Part shown: positions 11,601-23,600 of the stretch, piece by piece
Layout: each line of letters starts with the position of its first letter
How positions within the stretch are numbered: the stretch's first letter is position 1
Assembly (NCBI RefSeq): GCF_964355755.1
Contig: NC_092677.1
Coordinates: forward strand, 26,027,175 to 26,091,174
Source of the DNA: Antedon mediterranea
Lineage: Eukaryota; Animalia; Echinodermata
Direction of reading: 5' to 3'
Length of the DNA stretch: 64,000 bases
Notes under the pieces: generated by a model
The model's database searches: none
What the model was told of the DNA's origin: nothing
Seen by the model: the letters and a program-made list of their open reading frames with translations, nothing else
Translations under genes and position numbers: made by a program

Positions 11601-14600
11601 TCATATTTTGGACGCGCCTCAATATTTCGTTGCCATGCGAAACAGATTTTTTTATAGCTTACAAAAACGAATACGTGTGCGTGACGTATCCGTTTTCGTT
11701 ATCGTATTCGTAAGATTGCGAAACCTCTCTATTATAAAGGTTTCGCAACGCTATGAATACGATAACAAAAACGGATATGTCATGCACATGTATTCGTTTT
11801 CGTAAGACATTAAAAGTCTGTTTCGCATGGCAACAAAATATTGAGGGTGTCAAAAATACGCCAAAATATGTCTGCGGTAAATTTGAACAAAATGTTTTTA
11901 GGCCTAGCATAACATCAAAGCGAGTAAGGACTTTAAAAACTGCTATTTATCAAAATTTACCCGACATTTCAGAAAATTACTTTTAGTAAATTACTTTCAA
12001 TAAATCTATAATCATATTATAATCATGAATCATTCCGATTTAAATGCAAAATGTGGAAATAGATCAAAAACTATACTCGTTTTGTCGTTACGAATATGAC
12101 TGGAGATATTCGTCAACAGGAATACGCTTTGTTTGTTTGTTTGTTTTATCTTTATACTGGCTGACCTCTTCAGTCAAAGACTGATCTCCCAGAGGGCCCA
12201 GTTGGTGATCAGTGGCTGTGATGTACTACTACACCGGGGTAACCCCCTACTCATCTCGAAAGATGTACTAGGTTCTTTAAAGTGCACACGAGCAAGTTGT
12301 GTACACTGGACCTACGGTTTATAGTCCTTATCCGAGAAGACTCGTTCTACCACCATGGAGTGAGTGAGCCTCGAACCCCTGCCGATGTTATGGCTACGTG
12401 TTACGGTTCCACTGTCTTAACCGCTCGGCCACTCACTCACTCTTTACGAATATGAAATGGGGATCAGCTCAAAAGTTTCACGAATGTGTGACGTATCCGT
12501 TTTCGTTATCGTATTTGTAAGGTGGGGAAACCTCCCTAATATGTTATCAGTTGAAAGAAAATCAATTATTGTAGAGGAATATTGAATGACATGATACAGT
12601 ATGTTTATCTAAAATAAAAATAATATTTTTTTACAATTCGACAATAAAATACATACATACAATCTCTCCCCTTTAAATGCAATATATCTTATTCTGATTT
12701 TTAAAGTTAAAATTATATCTAAAAAAATAAGCAATAATATAATATACTGTAAGCAATAGTTGGTACCAGTGTCCTTTTATATTAACTTTAAAGTTTTATT
12801 TTTTGATGAATTTTAATTAAACATTTCTCTAATTTATTGTACATTTATGAATTTTAACTTTTTTAAATCTGTTTGAGAATTTAACTTTATGAATACTCTT
12901 GTAAATCTATGTTTGAATTTTTGTATATTTTTGTACTGTTTTTAAGAGGCTCTCTTCAAGTCAGCTGTACTGGTGTAGTACAGCTGCTGAAAGTGGAAAT
13001 AAATGAGAAATTTATTAAAATTTAAATATTGTTCATTTGATATATTTCCTGTTTTGTTTTGGCTACGTCTGGTTTTCTGGAAGGATTAGTATTCCAAATG
13101 TGTTTTTAATGGTAATAAGAATTTGGGACCTTTTCCCCCTGTTTTTTTGGAGAGTTTCCAGAGATTCCTGTATTGGGAGAGTTGACTGTATTGATAAATG
13201 TTACAATACATTTTTGATTTATGTTTATTTTTCTAGACAGTACATTTTATTGGTGACTATATTCAAACAAGTTCTGGGTTCAAAGACGAAAGGAAGGTAG
13301 TGAACTAGTCTTGTTTCTTTCCACTAAGTTGCTATATCACTTTCTAGTGTAAACTAGTTTTGCTTAGTTTCTTTTCTACTAAGTTGTTACTGTACATTAC
13401 TTTCATCATTAGTTTAAGTTTATTATCATCATCATTTTCCATATCATCATCATTATCATCATCATCATCAATAGCATCATCATCATCATCAATATCATCA
13501 TCATCATCAATATCATCATCATCATCAATATCATCATCAATAGCATCATCATCATCAATATCATCATCATCATCATCAATATCATCATTTTCAATATCAT
13601 CATCGACATCGACATCATCATCAATATCATTATCATTTTCAATATCATCATCATTTATATCATCATCATCAAATCATCATCATTATCAATATCATCATTT
13701 CATCATAATCGTCATCATCATAATCATCATCATAATCACCATCATCATCACCATCATCATCTCACTATCATCATCATAATCATAATCATTATCATAATCA
13801 CCATCATCATCATAATCACCATCATCATCATTAATATCATCATTTTCAATATCATCATTGACATCATCATCTATATCGTTAACATTTTCAATATCATCAT
13901 CATTATCATCATTATCAAATCATCATCATTATCAATATCATCATTTCATCATTATCATCATAATCATCATCATCATATTCACCATCATCATCATCTCACT
14001 ATCATCATCATAATCATAATCATCATCATAATCATCATCATAATCACCATCATCATCATCTCACAATCATCATTATAATCATCATCATTATCCTTGTTGA
14101 ACTCAATTTATTATCTTCTCACTTTTCAGGTTAAAGTTTTGTTTGAAGAAACGTATTTCAACAGTCGTGATGAAAGTTTTAAAGTATTTTGTTTAGATCG
14201 ACTATTAGAAGGGGGAACAGGTCAGTATGACAACATATTACATAATGTTATGAATAAAACCCTGGGATTTACTGTACATAAATGTTTGTATTTAAAAATA
14301 TTTATGTAGAATTCCAGGGCGGTTGATAAGATTTAAAATATAGAATAATAGGGGAAGCCAATTTGGTTTTGGTTTGCACGATTTAAGGAATCCTCAAGCT
14401 CAGACTCGTAAAATAGCTGAGAAAAATAAAACCAAATTTGCCACGTAAAAGTCTCTGCTTCTCTGATTAAAAAAAAATCTATATAAGTACTGTATGATAT
14501 ATTTTATGTTACATATTGCATATTTCATTATCATAAATTCTATGTTTCAGTGGAAAATAGAGAGTACATGTTAAAAATTGCTTGACAATTATATTTGATG

Positions 14601-17600
14601 TTTCAAAATGAATAACACATTTAATACAGGTTTATATGAGCAGAATTTGTCTAAAAAATGACATTTATGTTTTATAACTAAAAGCTATAAATAGCTAGCA
14701 TTCATTTTGTGTATGTTTTTCTTTATGCAGATGTTGTTGAAGATCCCATCACAACTAATCTTGAAAATTATGAAGATTGTGCAGAATATTTATGGGGAAA
14801 CAAAGGTACAGTTATTTTTATTTTCCTACCATCAACGGCAAATACATGACTCCTTTATAAAGCTCTGTCTACGCTATATGTGACAAAAAAAATGTGATGT
14901 GCCCATATATGGACATGATGATGTCATACCACTACCATATTTGAGCATATCACTACCATATTAGGGCACATCATACTTTGTTTTGTCAAACTAGTTTAGG
15001 TAGTGGTGCTGAATTGGCTGTGACTCTGACAGGATTTGAACCAAGAACGTTGGGATTGGTAAGCAAGAATGTCACACACTAAAACCAATACCAACACAAT
15101 ACCACTACTTGATTTTCATCATGTTTAAATAGGTTTTTTCTACAGTTGATGAAGTGATATCTTTTTGCATATTTGTTTTTCTTCTTTTTTCATTATGTTG
15201 AAATAAAATATTCTTTTTTTATTTTGCAGTCAGTAAATCGTGTGAAAAGCAAGTAAATGATTTATTACACAACTTCTACCCTACCCAGCATTCCACTAAC
15301 TTGCGACACATCATTGATGAAACTAATACAATATTTACCAAAGCAATGCGGACAGCACTTAGGGATCCTGGATTGGTAAGTATACTATATATGGAAGTCA
15401 TAGTGACCTTTGACATGTTTAGGTTGTTGACAGATAGAGACGAAATCTGTTAAAATGATAAACGAAAAGTACTCCGATAAGCTACCTGGATTTTGCTTTT
15501 ATCTTGGTTATCGCAATATTTAAAAAAAATTTCTCGTAATTTGCTTTCATATGAGACGTATTATTAATCATGTGACGTTGATTTTCAGAGGAAAACGGTA
15601 AAGCAAGATAAAGCATACCTCGATCTTCTCAAAGTTGCTATGGAAACATATGTGATGCATAGTGTTTATAAGAAAGTATTCAAAGTGTTAAGCAGTCTAT
15701 TTGCAAATGACGTAAGTTTTTTTTTTCTGGGTTTGAATTTATTCAGACCATTACTGATTTCACTAAGAGGTCCAAAATTATGAATGTCAATTACATGTGT
15801 GTAAGCCTAAGCTTTGTCTACACTATCTAACACTAGTTTGACAAAAAAGTATGATGTGCCCAAATATGGTAGTGATATCCCCAAATATGCTAGTGATATC
15901 CCCAAATATGGTATTTATATGATGTCATCGTGTCCATATGGGCACATTTCATAAAGTTTGATAGTGTAGACAGAGCTTTAGATATGGGTAGGTAAAGGCA
16001 CACACACAGACAAGTCTCTCTCTTTCATAATGGTACCAATCTTCCATATCAATTGCTACAAATTTTAGATTTGATTTAAAGCAAGTTTATTCTTAAATTT
16101 TGAAGTTTAGTTGACTCTCACAATACCAGACACCCTTGAGCTGTAATATGATGGCGCTATACTGTAGTTAATTTGATTACCACCTGTGTATATTTCTATA
16201 TAAAGACACGACGTACAATAAATGCTTTCTCACTTAGTATCACACAACGTGTCCATCTGTTCTTTACAACTTAATGGTCTAGTTTTCCTAAATTCTAAAT
16301 GTGTTTTTAATAGTAAAAAGGAATTTATGATTTTTTGTTTTGTTTCATAGGATGCCGCTCTTAACAAGACTACCCGCAATTTATCAGAACTGCAAGTGAA
16401 ACACCTCGGTATTCGTAGCGAGTTCACGATGAATGTTCCTCGTGCGCGTAGAGAATTAACTAATATGAATCAGTGCAAAACCCCTCTAGAGAAGCTGCAT
16501 TGTTTGAGGAGGACGATTATGGGCCTTAGCCAACCAAACATGAAAACAAAACCAACTCCATCAGGTAAACACATTTATAGTATTCGATCGTAGTGTGCCA
16601 CCAAGCTCAGAGTTTTTTTGCAACAACTGTCTACTCTAGGGTTTTAGGTGATGCTTTTTTAAGTATGGCCCTGTGTTCTGGAATGCTCTTCCAGCACAAA
16701 TTAGACTGGCTGAATTGACATTTTTGTTTAAACTCCTTCTTAAAACGTACTTATTTCCTATGTAATTTTAAAAAACTGATATCTATATTTTTATATCAAT
16801 ATTTACTTATTCCCTATATGTAATTTTAAATAATTGAGATCTTTATTTTCATATCTAAAAATTGTTAATCAAAATTGTAATCATAATTTGCCGCTCACAA
16901 TATGCATTCCTCCAAACTTGATGATTTTCTGGGTACACTTTTTCATTATCTGCAATGTTTTTCTAATGTATCTTTTAGAATCATCTGCCGTTCTGTCGTC
17001 CGACGACCTCCTCCCTCTTTTGGTGTTTTTAGTTGTTAAATCTGAAGTACCCAACTGGCTTACCAACTTGGCATACTTACACAATTTTAGATTTTCAAGT
17101 ATTCACAACGATGAGTTTGGGTATGTTTTTTTTTAGAACTTAACTTTTTCAAAATATATTATCATCATCATCACCATCATAATAATATTTATTTTCAAAT
17201 AAGACAAAGAAAGCAAATGATTGTGTCAGGGATGCCAAAACAAAACAGACAATATGAAAAAATAAAACAATTATGTCTTTTATTAATATAGATATATAGA
17301 TCATATATCAGATATGGCAGGGGTACAAACCATAGCCATGGAATCGGCACAGGTTCAAGTCTCTCCTCCACTATAGTTCTGGCGGTAGAACAAGTCTTGA
17401 CTGGAGGTCTTCTGGTGTACACATCTGAAAAGTTGACCCAACAAATTGAAATTGAAATATTTATTTATACTGGGCGACCTCTTCAGTCAAAGACTGGTCT
17501 CCCAGAGGGCCCAGTTATGATCAGTGGCTGTGATGTACTAGTACACCGGGGTAATCCCCTACTCATCTCGAAAAATGTACTAGGTTCTTTAAAGTGCACA

Positions 17601-20600
17601 TGAGCTAGATGTGTACACTGGAACTATGGTTTATAGTCCTTATCTGAGAAGATTTGTTCTACCACCAGAACCATGTGAACCTAAAACCCTTGTCCATGTT
17701 ATGGCTACGTAATTACGGTTCCACTGTCTTAACTGCTCAGCCACTCACTCACCGCATGTTTCTATATTCAGTATGAGTCCAAACATATTCATAAATTACA
17801 AGTTTTCTTTTTATACAGTTTTTATTTAGCATCTGTCGAGGCAGCTGTAGAACATGTTAGATCAGGAGACATGAATGGTTTACCCATTGGGCCTGCTAGT
17901 TCCACATCACTATCTATATTCAGTATGAGTCCTACAAATATGGTTTCTATATGGCCTAGAAATGACTCCTATGATGGAGATGACCCACCCTCAATAGAGC
18001 TCCTGTTTGAAGTAAGTATATGCACTGTTTGAAACTCTTTAAATTGATAATGCCGCCCTCTATAAAAGCAGTTCTGAATTTGTGTTTAAATGAAAATTTT
18101 TTTTAAAGGTATATTGTTCCCCTAAAAATGTTTTTTCATTTTTTGTTGGATATGACATTTTAATGGCACGTAATATTTTTAACTTTGACCCAAAACTGGA
18201 TTGAAAACCAAATTATTTACCTGAAAAAAATGTAATTTAAAGCGAAAAAAAAAAAGGCAAATTGGCTGCCAGCCAATGGTTTTTTGTTAAAATTAACGAT
18301 GTCTTTTTATAAGTGAAATAATTATTTTTCTTGTTTTTTTTTCTACAGAAGTGATAAATTTATTAAAACTGCAAAATGGCTTATTCTTCATTTTTCATGT
18401 TTTTGGGGGAAAATACATTTGTATAGGAAGCAGAGCCTTAAAATGAACAATAAAAAATGTTTTATAAAGTTTTTTATTTTTATTATGAGTTTATTATTAT
18501 TGTTTTCTCTTTATTTTCTAAAATATACAAAAAAATTACGTGTAAAAAACATAAAAAAAAAAAGAAATACAATATTGCATAACAATGTAAAAAAATCAAG
18601 ACCGCATTAAAAATTTAAAAAACTTTTAAAAAGAAATTTTCTCTATATCTCATGTTTTTCGCTCTTCTTAGGAGATAAGGCATGGAAGGTTAGAGAAAGT
18701 AGAGAAGCTGCTAAACATTGGCTCGACAGATTATGGGCATGTTGTTGAAGAAATGTGTCATCCATTATGCGGATGTGATCGATGTGAAAAACTTATCACA
18801 AAGTATGTTTCAAGTACATTTTTCCTCCTTTCTCCAGTATGAAAACCAACGTCAGGGGCGGATCCAAGGATCCATTTCGCAAATTGTAATGCAAAAGATA
18901 AAAAGATAGGACATAAAATTAAGCTCAGCACTTTATTTCACCATTTTTAGGCACCCCCTCCCTATTTCAAAATCCTGGATCCGTCCAAGTTTTTAAGACT
19001 CTTATGTATTATATGACTACTATATGTATTTCTGTTTGGATGATGAGGAAAATAATTTATCGTCGTGAGGTGGTTTCCCGATTAATCTTATGATCAAAAC
19101 GGTACTGGGTATGATCAACTAGCGTTCGTGTTCCCACCTAATCATCCATTCATAGAAGTACTGATGAAGATATCAATCTGTGGCGACAATAGAATGGACC
19201 CGAGACCTGGCTATCTTCGACTTTTAAATAATAGAAAGTTTTGAAAAATTTGTTAGGCTAGAAATTTACTGTATGATGTGTAGGCCTATGTTTATGGAAA
19301 AATGGTTGTAGTTTTCTAAATTACATTGTACAAGTTGCGATGAGAAAACTGTTATTTGATCGTAAGTTAACGTGTACATAAAGCAAAAATATAAATAAAA
19401 TTCATTAGTAAAACTTTTAATAACCACCTCACGACGTATCACATCACACAACACCAGTTTTCTATACCGTGGGCCTGGTAGCACAAGTGTGAGAAAATAT
19501 GGGGAGGTGCAGCATTTACGCAGTATATTTCCGAGGACTGTTAACAAAAGTTGGTTTGTATGCAAGTGACGACATTGGGCCACTATTGGAGTTGCCATCG
19601 CCAAGATAGAGGGCGTACACTAGCTGTAGTAGTTTCTTCTGCGACGTGATTAAAAGCACTCTGTTTGAACTATTGGCAGTATTTGAGTAATAAATCTTTT
19701 ACTAGTGAACATTTCAATTAATATTTTGTTGTTTGTGTATTCGAACATCGAACATGAGGTTATTTTAGTTTAATCACAACCTACACTTCAAATTCAGATT
19801 TAATTTATTGTCATAAAAAAAAAAGATGATATAGTTTTTTGAACCATCATAGAGCACAATAAATGGGTTAATATAGTCTACAATATATCTCTTAATCTCT
19901 GTCTACACTATCAAACTAGTTTGACAAAAAAGTGTGATGTACCCAAATATGGTATTATTTGCTTATTTAATTATTGATTCTTAAGTTGTTGTTATACAAT
20001 TGTAATTGTATCCTTATAATGGTTGTTATCCCCCTAATCTTGTTTTTCACTACTTTCTGCCTGAGAAATCTTACAATAACAACATTTGATTATAGTAGAT
20101 ATAATACTAATAGCCATATTAACTAGAGAAATGTTGTTAAAGTTCTGTCGGGTGTTAATAAATTATATCACCTACTCCAACACCTGGCATCAGTTGATGT
20201 AATAAATATATTGTGGTTGAAGTGATTTTATAAAAGATAGTTTTAAAATGAAATATGGTATTCTCTTTTTAATGCACCCACAGGAATATTTTAATTATAA
20301 ATTTACCAATGACAGTATTTATTTCAATTTATTAATGGCGTGTATTTATTTTTTTAGCAAAAGGAATGACCCAAAAGCAGTGACTGCTTTCTCGAGGGAT
20401 GATAGAGGATGTACAGCGCTGCACGTGGCAGCATCGTACGGTAAAATTCATACATTATTCTCGCATTTTGACGTAGTACATTGTTTAAAATATTTATCTT
20501 TTTTTTTTCAAATGTAAGATGGTTAATTTGAGATATCTCTATTAAGGGGACATTTTCATATATGTTTTAACACTACAGCCAAAGCCCAATCGGACATCCC

Positions 20601-23600
20601 TAGGGTAGGACACTTGGTCGAGTCCCGTGGGTCTACAGCCAAATCCAGTAGGACATCCCTAGGATAGCACACTTTGTTGGGTCTCGTGGGTCTACAGCCA
20701 AAGCCAATAAGACATCCCTAGGATAGGACACTTTGTGGGGTCCCGTGGGTCTACAGCCAAATCCAGTAGGACATCCCTAGGATAGCACACTTTGTTGGGT
20801 CTCGTGGGTCTACAGCCAAAGCCAATAAGACATCCCTAGGATAGGACACTTTGTGGGGTCCCGTGGGTCTACAGCCAAATCCAGTAGGACATCCCTAGGA
20901 TAGCACACTTTGTTGGGTCTCGTGGGTCTACAGCCAAATCCAGTAGGACATCCCTAGGATAGCACACTTTGTTGGGTCTCGTGGGTCTACAGCCAAAGCC
21001 AATAAGACATCCCTAGGATAGGACACTTTGTGGGGTCCCGTGGGTCTACATCCAAAGCCAATAAGACATCCCTAGGATAGGACACTTTGTGGGGTCCCGT
21101 GGGTCTACAGCCAAATCCAGTAGGACATCCCTAGGATAGGACACTTTGTGGGGTCCCGTGGGTCTACAGCCAAATCCAGTAGGACATCCCTAGGATAGGA
21201 CACTTTGTGGGGTCCCGTGGGTCTACAGCCAAATCCAGTAGGACATCCCTAGGATAGGACACTTTGTTGGGTCCTGTGAGTCTACAGCCAAACCTAATAG
21301 GACATCTATAGTGTAGGACACTTCTGAGTCCCATGGGTCTACCATTGATAGGGGTTATATTGCAGCATTGTAGCTTTATTGCTAGATTGATCATAAAACG
21401 TTAAGTATGTTTATTTGATAAGATCGAATAAAAAATACACATTTAATGGTAAAGTAAAGTGTGCTTATGATTAATGATCTGTAAGAACGAATCAATTGAA
21501 CATCGATGTGCTACGCACGAACGCGCTCACATTGATTTTTAACACAAGTAATATTGTCATAACAGGCTGGTTATGTTTATATACTACAGTGTTAAGTACA
21601 ATGTCATAAAAAGTTCAAATGAAAAATTATTAATGATTTGTATGCGAGATTTCGACACGTTGTTGACTGGTCTACAGGACAATGGCCTTAGAATTTTTAT
21701 AGTTTTCACACAAAGTAATCTTAAATAATAGATTTTAGTATTTTCCTATACACTTAGTCATTAATATTATATAACATTACCATTTATAGTATTACACTAT
21801 ATTGATGGAATTGATAGATTTTATGAAATAGGATTATGTGTGTTTTGTATTGCAAGAACAACAAATGATAACTAGGGGAGTTTTTACAGCTAGCCTTTTT
21901 GGCTAGTAGTAGGATATAAGAATATCCCCCTCCATTATTCCATCCTCTCTGTAAAACTCTGTCTACACTAATATTAATAATAATAGTTTATTCTTATATA
22001 GCGCATATAAACAAGCTCTCAATGCCAGAACATTATTACCCCAGTCATTTTTTTTTATCAAACACGTATGGAAACATACTCCCATAATGCAGCTAGTAAT
22101 CAGCGCAAAGTTGTGTCTTGATTTAACCGGGTACCCATTTATACACCTGGGTGGAGAGAGGCAACGTAAGTAAAGTATCTTGCCTAAGTGACAAAAAAAT
22201 ATGATGTGCCCATATATGGACATGATGATGTCATATTGTCTACTATATTTAAGCATATCACTACCATATTTGGACACATCACACTAGTTTGATAGTGCAG
22301 ACAGAGCTTTAATACGAGTATTCATAATTTTTTACAGGTCATTCTTCTATCATGGAAACATTAATGAAAAAGGGTGGAATAGTGTGTGCTACAGATTACC
22401 ACGGATCAACTCCACTACATCTAGCCTGCCAGAAAGGCCAACAAGCTGCTACAGTAGGTTTTCATAGTCTTTTAATTTAAGTTTAGTATACATTGTGTTC
22501 ACGTACAGGTGTAGGATGAGCCTCAATCTTGTGTCTTACTGTCAGTGCATATGTGTAGATAACCATTCCTATCATTTCTAAAGCTCTGTCTACACTATCA
22601 AACTTTATGTGACAAAATATATAATGTGCCCATATATGGACATGATGATGTCATACCACTACTATATTTGGGCATATCGCTGCCACACATCACACTTTTT
22701 TTATCAAACTAGTTAGTGTAGACATAGCTTAAGATTAAAATCTTAGATAGCACTTCAGAGTTTAATAAAAGCTTTTAGTACACAGCACTTAACTGTGATT
22801 TTAATAACATGCAATGTACACATAATATTGTGTTTAATAAATTGTCTCTTAAGTGCTTTTAAAGTTTGTCATTACGATTATTAATTATTATAGTCACACA
22901 CTCAAGTTAATGAACATACTATTTAGATTCATCTATATCTAAATTTACATAAGGAAAAATTTGGTAAATCGCGTGTTACTAATTCTTACTCGATGGAATA
23001 TAAAGTTGGTTCGTACGTTTGACACTGAATTTAACCACCTAATGTAACCCTGCTAATTAAGTTGAGTTAGATAATTATTTATTGACGATTAAAACAAATT
23101 TTTGTTTAACAATTTGCCCAAAATAGAGGGGTTTCCGAAAATTGGTTAAGCAGCTCGAGTACAGCATCATAATGGTGAAGCCGATTTTCTTTAAAACATA
23201 CTATTTTGATAGATTTAATATATGTTTATACAAACGTATTGCTTGGCGATGAATGGAACATGCCAATTCCCCAGTCTCTCAATATAATTATTTGGTATAA
23301 CACAAGTACTTTAAAGTAATTTAGGGGCCATTGGGGGATAAACTTAAAACCTTTGACAATAAATGCATAAACCATTTTTTGTCGCCATTTGAAATGCCAA
23401 TTTCTTACTGTGAGTGTAGGTACTGTTTAAATACATAATTATTCAAATAAAGTTCATTACTAACAATTTCTTCTCAACGTTAATTGTATTCATTAATAAT
23501 TACAAATTACATAAAGAATTTAATTTAAAATATAATTTAGACCATCTGTCAGAATGTGGTTTATTGTACAGCTATATTGTTATAATTTTTAGTTACTGCT

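Noticed and set aside
13360-13779. Poly-Ser/poly-Ile and poly-Met ORFs
   Set aside because: Artefacts of the (ATC)n microsatellite in an intron.
20573-21330. CRISPR-like appearance of regular arrays (also 32355-32842, 61830-63190)
   Set aside because: Head-to-tail units with no unique spacers, eukaryotic intron context, no cas genes.
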